Shown: positions 1-11,898, counted from the stretch's first letter. The stretch is DNA of 64,000 nucleotides from Caecitellus pseudoparvulus (GCA_965644315.1 CBFFRQ010000020.1:62001-126000), one strand, 5' to 3'. Made by a program: numbers and translations. The notes: generated from the sequence alone by a model not told the origin.

Positions 1-1
1 G

Positions 2-3000
2 GGTGGTGGCTTCTATGACCGCAACTTGGGCGCAGCGCCACGCAGTGTGCGCAGGGAAACCACTCTGTGCCGCTCTGATGTTGACATCGTTGCAGACTCC
101 ATCGTGGACCCAGCTTTCTACTTCAGGCCTGAGCTGCAGTTCCACTACCGCCACGACAGTATCCGGTGCCTGCTGCCGCCTGCGGGTGGCCGGGAGATCA
201 CCGCTGCGGTGGGTGTGCTTGTGGCTGGAGGGCGGTTCCACGCACACTCCAACGTCATGGACTTCTCACAGCTCAGCCCCCGCATCCTGGAAGTGCGCAG
301 CACTGCGACATTCACAGCAGGGGATGCATACCGCACCACGGGTGGACAGACCCTGCGATTATTGGTGGAGTATGCCGGCACTGTGGACCGCAATGTCACC
401 CGAATTGAAGTGGGTGAAGAGGGCGTTCCTCCAGGTGAGCAGCGCATGCCCAACACCTTGTGCCCGATTGACTGGTCAGACTCCCAAGCTTTCCTAGAGC
501 TGGACGACAATGGCGACCCCTGTGGCAGCAGCTGCATTCGATCTCGGGAGTTGGCTGTGCTTACCTGCTTGATGCCCCCAGGTGAGGGTACACAGGTGCC
601 CATCCGTGTGTTCCGCGGTGACCGCGCTTCAGACAACGCCGAGTTTGTGACATTCTTGCCGCCCACTGTGGATTCCATCATCCCATTCGCTGGCAGGCGC
701 TTGCAGGCTGGGCTGCCCGCCTTTGGCACTGAGGGCGGGCAGCTTGCTTGGCTGCAAGGGTACAACCTGGGCATCTTGGACCGCGCTGTGAACTTCACTT
801 TCGCGTCACCGTCCATGCCACTGGCTGGGTACACCGATACGACTCCCCAGACGAACTTGAGCGCGGGGGTGCAGCTTGTGCCGCGCGGGCCTGGCCTGCA
901 ACCGTGGGAGCGAGTGCTCATTTCCATTCCAGCCAATGGTGTCGGGCAAGATCACCACGTGTGTGTGACGGTCGCCGGCCAGGCTGCATGCTCGCCAACA
1001 GGCGTCTTTTCGTACGCTGCGCCGGAAGTCACGCGCACCGTGAACTTTGCCTCCATCAGCACCCGGGGCTCCAATGGCAAGCTTTGGATCATCGGCAGCA
1101 ACTTTGGGCCCGCCTTCATCCCAGGCGTGACTTCATTTTCCCTGCCTGGAGTCAACTACGAGCTGCACGAGGCGGATTGGAACCACACACACATCGCGTT
1201 GACCATCCTTCCCTCGAACGGCGGCCTGCGCATGGACATGTCATTCACAGTGGAGGGGCAGACGTGGCGGTCTGCCGATGTGGGGGGCATCCCTCCCAGC
1301 GGCCCGCCCGTTGTGGGTGACCTCACCCTCGTCAACTTTGCCCAGCCAGCGGTGAACCAGAGCACGACGGACCCCCTTGTGAACATTCCCACACGGGGGG
1401 GCATGAATGTGACCATCCGGGGCACGAACTTCGGCTTGGCGCCGTACGTGGAGCTTGGAGGGGTGCGCACGACACCTGTGGAGTCCGATCACGAATTCCT
1501 TACGTTTGTGGTGCCCGAGTCTGTTGGCTCTTACGATGTGGTTGTGTTCGCAAACAACCAGCCCATCAGCACCCCGTTGCGCCTGGAGTACGCCGCTCCC
1601 TCGCTGTCCTCCATCAGGGTGCTGCGAGGTTGCCAGCAGCGCTGTGGCGACATTGTCATCGGTGGGCAGGAGAGCACGGGCCTGTACACGACGCCTTGCG
1701 AAGAGGACAGCGTCTTTGGCGGCACCGCAAACGTCGAACCGTACAGCGTGTGGACCAACCGTGTCACTGCGGATACTCCTGAGTGGGACAGAGTGCGCCG
1801 CTGTGCACAGCCGGACCGAGTGGAACTGCGGGGCGCGAACTTCGGCTCCCCCACTGATGGAGCACACGTTGTCTTCAATGGCCAGCGCATCACTGCTCGT
1901 TGCGACAGCATCGACACGCCTGGCTCGCAGTTCAAGCCCCTGGTTCCTTGCCTCATGGACGTGCTTCCGTCCGAGGAGCACGACCTCGTGAAGATCCGCG
2001 CGCCTCCAGGGCAGGGGGCAGGCCACTCCATCCATGTGTCCTTGCCTGAGAAGGTGAACGGCGCCGCGACGTCCAGCTCCCTGGACACGCCGGCCCAGGC
2101 CATCGACTACCTGGCACCTGAGATCACCAACCAGCATCCACGCCCCTTCCGGGCTGTGGGAGACACCCTGTACTTCTTCGGGCACGGGCTGGGCCACAAC
2201 TCAAGCGCCTTCCCGCTGTGTACAGATCCGGCATTCGGGCTGGAGCCCTTTCAGGACCATGACGTCATGCACGTCAGCCTGAGCGGTACCTTCAACTGCA
2301 CGTCGCTGTGCTGGTCCTCAGTGATGAGCCCAGTTGTATACTCTCTGCCTCCTGAAGGCGTCCCTCAGAACGGCCTCCCCTTCCTCAAGTGTGAGATGGG
2401 CCAAGTGCCCCGTGGGCCGCACACTGTGGAGGTGACGGTGGCCGGACAGACGGGTGCCCGAGTGAACCTGCCTGACACGTCCACATCCATCCGCTCTGTC
2501 TGCGACAAGGCGTGGTGGGGCATGGACGGTGAGTACTGCTTGACTTGCCCTGAGGGTGCAGTGTGTGAGAACTGCCCCGCTGACAGCTGGGAACACCTCA
2601 ACTGCCCGGACGGGTACCGTTCGGAAGACCCAGAGTGCCTTGTTGGCGCGGCCCAGCAGGGGCCGCAGTGCACGGAGCCGACCACTGAGGGCGGGGAGCC
2701 TGTGTCAGTGAAGGGCTTCTGGGTTGTGCAGATCCAGAACACGACTAAGGAGTTCAATGACGATGAAGTGTGCCCGCCTGAACGCCGAGGGCGCGAGGAA
2801 TGCCCGCTGCCTCTCGGCTGCCTGCCAAGCTTCGCGTGTGTCGGCAACAACGAGTGCTTGGAAGGCTACGTTGACGAGAGGTGCTCCAAGTGCAAGCCGT
2901 TCAGCCATTTCCGTATCGCAGGCGTGTGCAAGAAGTGCCCTGACAACCCATGGATGCCCATCGTCGGCTTCGTGGCTGTCATCATTGTCATGTGTGGCGG

Positions 3001-4894
3001 TTCGTGGTACGTGAACAAGAAGAACCTCTCCTTGGGCATGGTTGCCATCGGCATCGACTACTTCCAGGTGCTGGCAATTTTCGCCCAGTCCAACGTCAAG
3101 TGGCCGGACATCCTCATCGAGTTCTTCAACATCTTCTCGTACATCAACTTCAACATCGACGTGGCTGCCCCTGAGTGCCTGACCCCCAACCTGGACTTCA
3201 GGCTCAAGTGGTACATGCAGCTGGGACTGCCCATCGGAGTTGCTGCCATGTTGGCGCTGTCCTTTGTTGTTGTGTACGTGTGGAAGAAGTTCATCAAGGG
3301 ACAGTCTGGTGCGGTACTCACGGCCCACTTGAGCCCTTGCATCACCGCACTCGTGACGGCCATGTACGTGCTGTACCTGCTGCTTTGCCGGCGTGTGTTC
3401 GACGTGTTCAACTGCAACCCGACCGTACCTCCTGACCCGCGTGGAACGCTGTACATGGAAGCCACCAACTCCCCCTGCTGGGAGCCTGGGAGTCTGCACA
3501 TGCAAGTGCTTCCCTTCGCAATCTTTGGCCTCTGCTTCTACGTCATCGGGTACCCTGTGTTCGTCGGCTACTTCCTGTTCAAGTTCCGCGAAACCATCAA
3601 GGAAGACCAGCACCTGCGAGCCATCGGAGCGAATTACGTCGCGTCTGCAACAACAGGTAACGCTGGGGCGACCTTCCGTGCTCGGTACTCCAAGCTGTAC
3701 TACTACTTCAAGCCGTCCCACTACTGGTTCATTCTGACAGTGCTGGGCAGGAAGGTGTCCCTTGCCATGACCTCCCTCATGTTCCGATCCAACCCCGGCT
3801 TCCAGCTTGCAGTGGCGCTGCTCATTGTGTTCTTCTCGTTCACGACCAGCGTCATCGTGCAGCCATACCTGTGCGCTGCCACGGCAGAGGAGGTCATGGA
3901 GAAGCATGACAAGATGGTGAACCTGGGCAGTCGACTGCACCAGAAGATCGACGTGGAGCTGCGACGAGCTCGCGCACATCAGTCATCTGAGTTGCGCAAG
4001 CAGAAGACCGCTGGATGGTTCAAAGCCAAGGATGTGTTAGACGGCAAGGGCGATCCTGATGCCGACGAAAAGACCAAAGTTGTCGACACGCGCCACCTGC
4101 CCCAAAACCGGGCGGCCAATGGCGACACCCGCATGGCCGGCAGCATCCTGGTGAACTACAACTTCGTGGACCAGCTGCTGCTGGCGAACACCGTGCTGGT
4201 GTGCCTCATCGGGCTCATGTTCGAGAGCAACCAGTTCAGCACGGACAACGCGGCCAACGATGCCGCGACGGGGTCCCTGACGGGCGTTGCCATCTTCCTC
4301 ATCATGTTCGGCACTATTTTTTACATCACGTGCTTCACCATCGACATGTACGCCAACCTGGGCAAGCGCGGGTGCTGCTCCACCCTGGAGGCTGAGAAGC
4401 GCCAGCACGGCTCGCTGCGCAAGGCCTTGATCAAGCGCCTCGTCACCAACGCCCGGAAGAAGAAGGCGGCAGGGAAGAAGGGCAAGAAGCCAGGCAAAGA
4501 CTCTGGCATGGACGCTCTGATCGACGCCCGCAACGCTAAGAGTGAGAAGGATTCTGAGTCCAGCACGGGCATGCAGATGAACCCCATGCTGATGAAGGCC
4601 GGGCATGAGGCGAGCAAAGCGGCTGCCAATGTGGCTTCGCTGTCTGAGGCAGAGCTTGACGCTGGCCACATGCCAGACGAGGTGCCTGTCGACGCAGTGT
4701 ACCGTGCGTACTTGGCGAAGTACATCTCCATGGAGAAGGAAATGGCGAAGCTGTCCAAGGAGTTCGAGAACAAGGATCTGAAGGAATCCTTGGCGGCAGG
4801 CGATGCCAAGGAAGGCGGTGCTTCCTTGCTGGACAGCTATAAGAGTGCCAGCGCGGCCAAGGCTGCGCCTGGTGCTCGCAAAAAGGCGACTTGA
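2..4894 (+). CDS. Large cell-surface protein: IPT/TIG repeats, Cys-rich region, C-terminal multi-pass (about 7-9 TM) domain; 5'-truncated by the window edge
   Basis: Frame is open from position 2 to the TGA at 4892-4894. It has repeated IPT/TIG signatures (T-x-G-G..I-x-G-x-N-F-G, YAAP), a Cys-rich stretch (CLEGYVDERCSKC..CKKCP), then hydrophobic helices with IDYFQVL, CWEPGSLH and YYFKPSHYWF..RK motifs, and a charged cytosolic tail. No intron is needed. Confidence 0.8.
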   Translation, partial: GGGFYDRNLGAAPRSVRRETTLCRSDVDIVADSIVDPAFYFRPELQFHYRHDSIRCLLPPAGGREITAAVGVLVAGGRFHAHSNVMDFSQLSPRILEVRSTATFTAGDAYRTTGGQTLRLLVEYAGTVDRNVTRIEVGEEGVPPGEQRMPNTLCPIDWSDSQAFLELDDNGDPCGSSCIRSRELAVLTCLMPPGEGTQVPIRVFRGDRASDNAEFVTFLPPTVDSIIPFAGRRLQAGLPAFGTEGGQLAWLQGYNLGILDRAVNFTFASPSMPLAGYTDTTPQTNLSAGVQLVPRGPGLQPWERVLISIPANGVGQDHHVCVTVAGQAACSPTGVFSYAAPEVTRTVNFASISTRGSNGKLWIIGSNFGPAFIPGVTSFSLPGVNYELHEADWNHTHIALTILPSNGGLRMDMSFTVEGQTWRSADVGGIPPSGPPVVGDLTLVNFAQPAVNQSTTDPLVNIPTRGGMNVTIRGTNFGLAPYVELGGVRTTPVESDHEFLTFVVPESVGSYDVVVFANNQPISTPLRLEYAAPSLSSIRVLRGCQQRCGDIVIGGQESTGLYTTPCEEDSVFGGTANVEPYSVWTNRVTADTPEWDRVRRCAQPDRVELRGANFGSPTDGAHVVFNGQRITARCDSIDTPGSQFKPLVPCLMDVLPSEEHDLVKIRAPPGQGAGHSIHVSLPEKVNGAATSSSLDTPAQAIDYLAPEITNQHPRPFRAVGDTLYFFGHGLGHNSSAFPLCTDPAFGLEPFQDHDVMHVSLSGTFNCTSLCWSSVMSPVVYSLPPEGVPQNGLPFLKCEMGQVPRGPHTVEVTVAGQTGARVNLPDTSTSIRSVCDKAWWGMDGEYCLTCPEGAVCENCPADSWEHLNCPDGYRSEDPECLVGAAQQGPQCTEPTTEGGEPVSVKGFWVVQIQNTTKEFNDDEVCPPERRGREECPLPLGCLPSFACVGNNECLEGYVDERCSKCKPFSHFRIAGVCKKCPDNPWMPIVGFVAVIIVMCGGSWYVNKKNLSLGMVAIGIDYFQVLAIFAQSNVKWPDILIEFFNIFSYINFNIDVAAPECLTPNLDFRLKWYMQLGLPIGVAAMLALSFVVVYVWKKFIKGQSGAVLTAHLSPCITALVTAMYVLYLLLCRRVFDVFNCNPTVPPDPRGTLYMEATNSPCWEPGSLHMQVLPFAIFGLCFYVIGYPVFVGYFLFKFRETIKEDQHLRAIGANYVASATTGNAGATFRARYSKLYYYFKPSHYWFILTVLGRKVSLAMTSLMFRSNPGFQLAVALLIVFFSFTTSVIVQPYLCAATAEEVMEKHDKMVNLGSRLHQKIDVELRRARAHQSSELRKQKTAGWFKAKDVLDGKGDPDADEKTKVVDTRHLPQNRAANGDTRMAGSILVNYNFVDQLLLANTVLVCLIGLMFESNQFSTDNAANDAATGSLTGVAIFLIMFGTIFYITCFTIDMYANLGKRGCCSTLEAEKRQHGSLRKALIKRLVTNARKKKAAGKKGKKPGKDSGMDALIDARNAKSEKDSESSTGMQMNPMLMKAGHEASKAAANVASLSEAELDAGHMPDEVPVDAVYRAYLAKYISMEKEMAKLSKEFENKDLKESLAAGDAKEGGASLLDSYKSASAAKAAPGARKKAT

Positions 4895-5314
4895 ACTATC
4901 ACCCGCGGTGGGTGGGCTGAGTCTGGCGAAGTGTGCTTCCCCGTTTGGGAGCTCCACAGCCAGTACAACGTGCGTGGAACGACTTTCATGAAGAGCTGTG
5001 AGCATGGCAACACGGGCACGTTGCAGGCAGGCCATGGGTTTGCTTGAGCAATGCCTGAGTGCCTCCCAGACGCTTCGGTGACTGGTGCGACGATGCTCTT
5101 CAGCCATGGGGTTGTTGGCAAGGCAAGGGAAGCGAATCAGAACTCACTTCCCTGCACTTTCCAACAACCCCACTTTCCGTGTGCTAACCAATGCATTTCT
5201 CTGTTGTCCCCTACTCACTCGGCCCTGTGTCAAGTGCTGCGACCCGAGCCAGGCGGCCCCAGTCAGCTCTGCATCAGCTTGCCCCCGCTTCCTGTAGCGC
5301 GGTGTTTGAACATC

Positions 5315-6610
5315 ATGAGCACAATGAAGCGCTGCATTTTCTCTGAGGACGACTTTGATGCATTTCAAGCATCCCAGGTGCGTAAAGCGTGTGCTCTGTG
5401 CAGAGTGCACTGCCTGGCGTTTCGCACGAAACGATGAAGCACTTTGCGCCCTTTGCGCTCCAGGTGTACAAGGACATCGTTTCCTTTGTGGACGAACTGA
5501 ATGTGGCATCGAATAAATGCGAAGCCAGTCAGCCAACCCTTCATGTCAGCGCGGTGAGTTACACAGCTGAGGCTAAGGGCGCAGCCGTACCAAACGTGAC
5601 CTGGTGCGCATCCAACACAGCGGGTGCAAGGCCTGCTGGACATGCTGGACTCATTCATGGAGTGGGCTGATGAGATCCCACCGATTGAGCAGCCCATGCG
5701 CTTTGGAAACAAGGCGTTTCGTACGTGGTACACGAAGCTCGTCGACAACGCAGCAAGCAGCATTCAAGCTGCTCTTGGAGGCGGTGGCGAAGATCTTGAC
5801 GAGACGTTGGCATCTGAGGCGGCTGGGTACCTGTGCGACAGCTTCGGGAATGCCACTCGAATTGACTATGGAACTGGCCATGAGACGAACTTCATCCTCT
5901 TCCTCATGGTGTGCACACGCATGCCACGCCCGTGCGAAGAAGCAGCCGTCGCGACCGACGCCGAAGCACCAGAGGCTTCGACCGAGATGTGCATGGAAAA
6001 GGAAGACTATAGTGCCTTGGCTGTGCGAGTGTTTCCGCAGTACCTCCGGGTATGCCGTAAGCTGCAGCAGCTGTACATGTTGGAGCCTGCTGGAAGCCAC
6101 GGTGTATGGTCGCTCGATGACTATCAAATGCTGCCGTTCCTGTTTGGGTCAGCTCAGTTGTCTGGGCACTCCAGCATTCGACCTGGCGATGTCTTGGCAG
6201 ACAGTGTAAGGACAGCTCATGGCAGTGACTTCATGTACCTGGAAGCGATCCAGTTTGTGACTGAAGTGAAGCACGGAGCTGCCTTTGCGGAGCACTCACC
6301 CCTCTTGCACGATTTGACCTTGCTTCCCACTTGGGACAAAGTTAACTCCAACATGCGCAAAGCCTACCTTCGAGAAGTACTTGGAAAGCGAGTTGTCATG
6401 ACGCACACTCAGTTCGGCACGGCACTGCCTTGCTCATGGACGCCTAGCGTTCCGCAGTCTGCCGCACGATCGGCACCCACCAACCCTGCTGGTCATGCTG
6501 GCGTAATGGGTGTTGCTCCGTGGGCTGCGTCTGTGCAGGCCCAGTTGCCCAGCACTGCCGGTGTCGCACCGTGGGCCAGTGCAGCAGGTGCCCGCAAGCC
6601 ACCCGAGTGA
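5315..6610 (+). CDS. PTPA: PP2A phosphatase activator (PTPA/Rrd family); exons 5315-5377, 5464-5553, 5621-6610
   Basis: Motifs RFGNKAFRTW, SFGNATRIDYGTGHE, YMLEPAGSHGVWSLDDYQMLPFLFGSAQL and EHSPLL. Two GT-AG introns (86 and 67 nt) keep the frame. Confidence 0.95.
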
Positions 6611-7030
6611 AAGTACCTGAGACGTTCAAGCGGGGCCTTTTCCGTGCGCTTGTGGCTTTGCCTTGTCCCGCTCGTTGTCTTTCATCAAGGCTCGGAGCGC
6701 GGTACTTTCCTGATGCGCTGGTGTGCGAGAAGCACAACCTCTGGCTCAATCGCTGAGATGGCTCTGCCCTGCAGGTGTTCACGCAAATGTGTCTTATTCT
6801 GCGCAGATGGTACCAATTCAGTTGCCACTCGCTCCGCTCAATGCATGGGAGAGGAGAGGGGACTTGAGGGATCTGCAGATACCTTCCAGACATGCTCACA
6901 AGTGGGCAAAATCGACGAAACATGACAGTCTTCGCGTGAATGACGGCATGAGAACGAAAGTATTCAGTTTCTCCCTCGTGAAACTCTCCAGCTGTGCGCT
7001 CAATGCAGTGAGCAAGAGTGTGATGGCACA

Positions 7031-8964
7031 ATGAAAGCCTCAAACACTCGATGGCCGTGGGTGTTGCTGGCCGCTGTACTGCCCCTGTGCACTGGGCACC
7101 AGCTGACCGCTGAAAAAATCACTAATCTTTTAAGTAGTATGAAGGCCCAGTGCGCACTTGCGCCAAAGGCTGAGAAGTTTCTCCTTTTCTCAAGTGTTTC
7201 AAGCGGGGAGTTTCGGCTTCGAAACGCAGCGGCTTTGAGGAGCAAACGCTGCTACGCACACAAACACAAGCTACAATGGGTAGAGGATCGCACTGTTCCA
7301 GAAGATATCTCGCCGTGGGCCTTTGTTCCTCAAGTGCTAGGGCGCATTGTCACCGCTGGAAAGCTTGCTTGCCGCGCTGAGTGGCTCGTGTACATGGGTG
7401 CGGATTGGCGAGTGCGGTGATGGAAGTAGTGGCTCATTTTCAACCCCCAGCTCCCACAGATGCTGATGTGTGGATTTCAAACAGTTCAGTCACGCTGCAA
7501 GCATTCGTGGACAAGGCCAGCGCCCTCCTTGCAAGTGCGGACCAGTCCCAGCCCTGGATGATCGTGCAGGATGGAAACGAAATAAACTCGTGAGTGATCT
7601 CAGCTGCCTCAAAACGTCGGGGCGACCCAATTCAAGCTAGTTACAACACAGAGGTATGTTCATGCTGAGGACTTGCCCAGCGGGAATCGCATTCTTGCAG
7701 GAGTGGCTGAAAGCGTCCAAAGCGCTTCGGCACCACACACTGCATGAACAGATGGGGCTCATGCTGGCGTTGCTGCAGCACGCTCAGGGATCTGCGCTGC
7801 GGCAAGGACTGGGTGATGGAGACTGGGAAATAGCGCGGGTGGGTGTCGCAGCTTCTCCGCTTTGAGGAATGTGCGGCCCAACAGCGCAAGCCTACGCCGC
7901 GCTCTCGTCGGTCGCAGGGAAGACGGTGCATGGGCTGGGGCTTTCTGAATAACTTGCAGTTCAGCGAGTGCTGGAATGATGCCATGAGTGCTCTGGGTCT
8001 ACCCCTGGGACGCAGGTCTCATGGCGGTGTTGCATACCTGTGGGGTGCGCTTCCTGGTTGGCACGAATCCGGGGCGCGACTGAACATGGTCGTGGCTGAT
8101 GGGAATCCTCAGCTGGCGCACTTTCATCACCCCAGCCGGACGTGGCGGCTGGGGGACTTGGCTGCACATGTGACCAGCGATCATCCAAAGTTCAGGCTGG
8201 TGACCGAGAGGTTTTCTGAGAGCTTCGGCCAAGCGGCGCCGACAGCCAGCTGCCCTGCAGACCACTGGGCCCTGACTTCTGGGTGCCTGCTGCACCCTTG
8301 CCAAGAAGACCTGTGGAGTCAAACCTCAGCGAAATTCCTCGCATACCTCCTTCCCACGCGGCAGGATGCCACAGACTACGTCCATCGTGAGCCTGCCGTC
8401 TCTGTGCCAGTCTCTTGTTCGAAGAACAGCAACACGTGCAGCATGGATGTAGACGCACCAAACTCTCGGTGTGGCTTCGCCATGGCCTTCGCTTGGCTGC
8501 TGTCTGACGCGGGCTTGCAGCGAGCATTGCACCACCACCAGTGCCCGGAGCTGTTGCCAGTGGTGAGCATTGAAGGGCTTCTTGGCGCAGCAGACTGTGA
8601 CGGGTGCCAGCCTGGATGGTGGCGCACTCACAAACTCAGCCTTCGCTGGCCCGTGACTCAAGAGGCTGCCCAGAGTCCAGACGTGCTTTGCATTGAAGTC
8701 ACTCTCCCTACGCCTGCTGGCGACCGACGAGGATTCGCTCTGGCCCCCATGGCATGGGGCACGCTTTCCATTCGCTCGAGGCTGCAAGACACGGTGGGTA
8801 TGGTTGGGGACTACACTGCCCATTGGACAGCAGTGTCGCAGAGGTTGCCGGCGAACTTGGCGGCTTGGGGCAAGAGCGTTGCTGGCAACACGACGTGCAT
8901 GCTCGCCGCTGCCCACTTCTTCAGGGAGGGAAGCATCAGCTTGACTGAAGTCACAACAGGGTAA
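7031..8964 (+). CDS. Secretory-pathway GT-A glycosyltransferase, GT34 (GMA12/MNN10)-like, with an unknown C-terminal extension; exons 7031-7397, 7460-7589, 7652-7838, 7918-8964
   Basis: N-terminal signal or anchor. Splicing recreates WLVYM-DAD (DxD motif) and INS-GMFMLR, followed by HEQ. Three GT-AG introns (62, 62, 79 nt) join four ORF fragments in frame. Confidence 0.65.
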
Positions 8965-9857
8965 CTGACTTGCCTTCGACCTTGACAAGCCTGTGATCAG
9001 CAAGGGCCTCAAGCGCCTTCTTGACTCCTTTCTTCACCTTTTTCTCTGGCGTGTCGTCAGACAACGCAGATCCCACCGCTGCTGCAAGAGCCTTCTTCTT
9101 CATCGTCCGCCCTTGCTCCGCCTCCAGCACTGCGGTTACTCGCTTCACCCATTTCGAAGGTTTCTGCAGCAGTTTAGACTCATCTTGACGGGGCCTCTTG
9201 GTGCCCCCCACGGCAACGGTGGGCGTGCCACTGCCCCCCGCTGCCCCGGCAGCCGCCGCACTCTGCTCTGAATGTGGTGCTCCTGATCCTGGGAGGTGTT
9301 TTGAGATTTCTTCAAACAGCTCCGTGAGCACTGAGGCAAGGGAGAGTATGCAGCATGTGTGAGGAGCGGTGTACGCTGTGCCCAAGGGCACCTGTCTGAC
9401 GTACGCTGCTCCGAGTGCAAGTTCAAGCTATTACGTGCAAAGTTGATGAACTTGGCGCGCTTGCGTGGGACGTTGGGGAAGTCCAGCAACGCGCTCATGT
9501 GCTTCGCCAGGGAGCCAGTCGCAGCGCTGGCAGCAACACCCAGTGCATCAATCCACTTGTCCTGAGGTGTCTTCTTCTCCGCTTTCGAACCCTGGTACAG
9601 AGCCCCTTGGTACTTCTCTGCTTCGGAAATGCAGGAAGTGTGGGCCCTGTACTCATCGCCCTGCGTATGGCACAGGTATAGGAGGGTGGGCCACAAGCCA
9701 ATTACCGCAAGACAGCGGCCGCGTGGCGCACCTGAAACTCCTTGCTGCAGTCAACGCAGGTGAGGATGTAGCAGTTTGGACACGTAGTTGTCCAATGCTT
9801 TTCAACTTGGCCCTTCTTCAATGTCTCCTGGCATGTCTGGCAGATGAAGTACACCAT
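8951..9857 (-). CDS. LYAR: LYAR-type C2HC zinc-finger nucleolar protein; exons 9857-9732, 9660-9405, 9330-8951
   Basis: MVYFICQTCQETLKK..H...C..LTCVDCSKEF-GDEYRAHTSCISEAEKYQ, then NVPRKRAKFINF and a Lys-rich C-terminus. Introns of 71 and 74 nt, both GT-AG. Confidence 0.9.
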
Positions 9858-10073
9858 GCTGGTCTGCTGAGCTCCGTGTCCGAACAGCAGCTGAGCGCTC
9901 AGGGGCAGGCCCGACGCAGGCAGTGATTCAGGTGACGCAGCGCGGTGAAAAGAAGTGCACTTGAGGGGACGGTTGCTGGCACTAAAGAACGCGTGGGGAG
10001 TAAATTTGCTGCCGTGTCGAGGCTAAGGAAAGGCTTGGCAAGGGTCAAAGCGAAGCAACCTCAGCAGTGAGCA

Positions 10074-10472
10074 TCACGCGGTGGGCAGGATGCGACTGCG
10101 CAGCTCAGCGAATTGTGCAGCAAGCTCGGGATCGCCAGCTGTCGCCATGGACACTGCCGCAATAAGCTGCATGACTCCCATGGGGTCTGCAGTGAAGCCG
10201 TACTTGGTCAAGATGGGCGCACCCACTGCCAGGGCCACAGGCATGGCTTCCACCATGAGCTTGGCCTGATCCCCACCTGCAGCTGCGATAGCTGCATCGA
10301 TTTTTTCCTTGTTCTCTGGCTTGTCGTACACCTCCAGGCCTTCTTCGATCAGAGCTGTGCAAAGGTGGCGTGGAAGGTGCGGAAAATGACCACGCACAAC
10401 GGCCCCGCACGCCTCACCCTTTGCCTGCTCGGCTGTGAGAGTCTTCATTTGGGGGGCTTGCTGACCTGCCAT
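10074..10472 (-). CDS. Protein C10 (C12orf57/GRCC10)-like small helical protein; exons 10472-10418, 10354-10074
   Basis: Spliced LTAEQAKALIEE..PEN..I..A...AGGD..K.....MPVA.....I..YGF..D..GV.........DPE.A...L....LP matches the pattern I recognise for protein C10. One 63-nt GT-AG intron. Confidence 0.75.
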   Translation of the reverse strand: MAGQQAPQMKTLTAEQAKGEACGAVVRGHFPHLPRHLCTALIEEGLEVYDKPENKEKIDAAIAAAGGDQAKLMVEAMPVALAVGAPILTKYGFTADPMGVMQLIAAVSMATAGDPELAAQFAELRSRILPTA

Positions 10473-10839
10473 AGTCTTATTCGCTGCCCTCTCCGCTGGG
10501 ACGCCTGCTGAGGAGTTGCTAACAGCGTGGCCCTGGTGCTGGGTGCACTTGTGCTGGTGCGAACTTCGTGTTATCAAGAGCTGCAGTGAAAGTCATCATG
10601 AAGTCATTCTTGGAGCATATTGAATTTAACATGTACCGCGCAAGTACCATGCGTTTGCTGCACCGCGATGCTAATGTACCGGCCCAAAACATTGGGGGTC
10701 CCCGTGGCCCGCGAGCGGTGGGCGCATCACGCAGTGTGCGGCCCTGCGCCACACTCATTGCAGCTGGAAAAAATGCTCCCCTTGGAGGCACTGGTTTGGC
10801 ATGGAAGTTGCGAGGCGTCCTAGGCCCTGAACGGGCCCC

Positions 10840-11898
10840 CTACTCCGTCACCCCCAACAGCGCCTGCACGCTCTTCTCGTAGACGTAAAATGTCACAGCA
10901 TTCACCAAGAAGCCGCGCGCCATGGTGACCCCCAGACCCTTGTAGAGACCTCTCAAGCTGCCGCTGTCCTGCAGTGCCCCCCGCCATGCCTGCAGCATGG
11001 ACATGGTCTGGGGCGCCGTCTGGATGCGCGTCTTGATAACGTCGATGGGGAAGATGGCAGCCCAGGACAGCAGGCCTGCCAAGCCACCGGACAGCAGCAG
11101 GGCCCAGGAGGGGTCCCCTGAGATGACAGCCGTGTACGTCATGCGCCTGGCCCTGCCGGGGTCTGGCTCCCAGGCGCGAACCAGGTAGGCCCGGGAGTAC
11201 TGGTACACGCCAAAGTACAGCGCAAAACCCATGATTTCTCGCACCAGAGTGGCGTTCAGGCCCTGGAAAGCACCCTGTGCCAAGCCCATGGTCTGGATAC
11301 GGTGGCGGATGCAGGCGAGGGAAGAGGGGTGCGACGCCTGGCGCCCCATGTCCACTTGCATGACGCACTTGGCCAGCTCTGCCGGCGTCAGGATGAAGGA
11401 AGCGAAGATGCCCGAGATGGCGCCTGCCGTCAAGTGGCGGCCAACACCCCAGCTGGAAATCGTATAGGGCTGAGCGTGGATCTCAGGCAGCGGGGAGCTC
11501 AGGGCGGGCGGCGGCGCGGGCGCTGGCAAGCCCAGCGCGTCCATTCCCTGCAGCACCGACGTGTACGTGCTGAAGAGCAGGGCGTTCTGGGGCGCCGCAG
11601 CCAGCAGAGGAGTGAGCAGGCCCCGGAACATGGCCAGGGGGCCCTCAGTGCGCAGGATGTGTTGACCTAGGCGCCAAGCACTGGCCCCAGCCTGTGTGGA
11701 CACGGCCCTGGACTGCATGATCACCTTCAGCCTGTCCATGGGCTGCCCGACCACGATGCTGCGACAGGTGAGGCGCGCGGAAGCGTGGGTGCACGGGGGG
11801 GCATTGACGGGCGGGATCAGCGCATTGACTGCCTCTTACCCCGCACAGCCCCCCAGAGATCCGGCTGCAAGCTCGGTGCCGATGCTGTGGTCATCCAT
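10840..11898 (-). CDS. Mitochondrial carrier (SLC25), basic amino acid/carnitine carrier-like; exons 11898-11840, 11758-10840
   Basis: Three Px[DE]xxK signatures (QPMDRLK, TPAELAK, FPIDVIKTRIQ). One 81-nt GTAAGA..CGCAG intron. Confidence 0.9.

Noticed and set aside
7031-7917. Frameshifted pseudogene or stop-codon readthrough in fragmented ORFs (also LYAR, HGH1, CDC7)
   Set aside because: Every break is resolved by a canonical GT-AG intron of typical size that restores conserved motifs.
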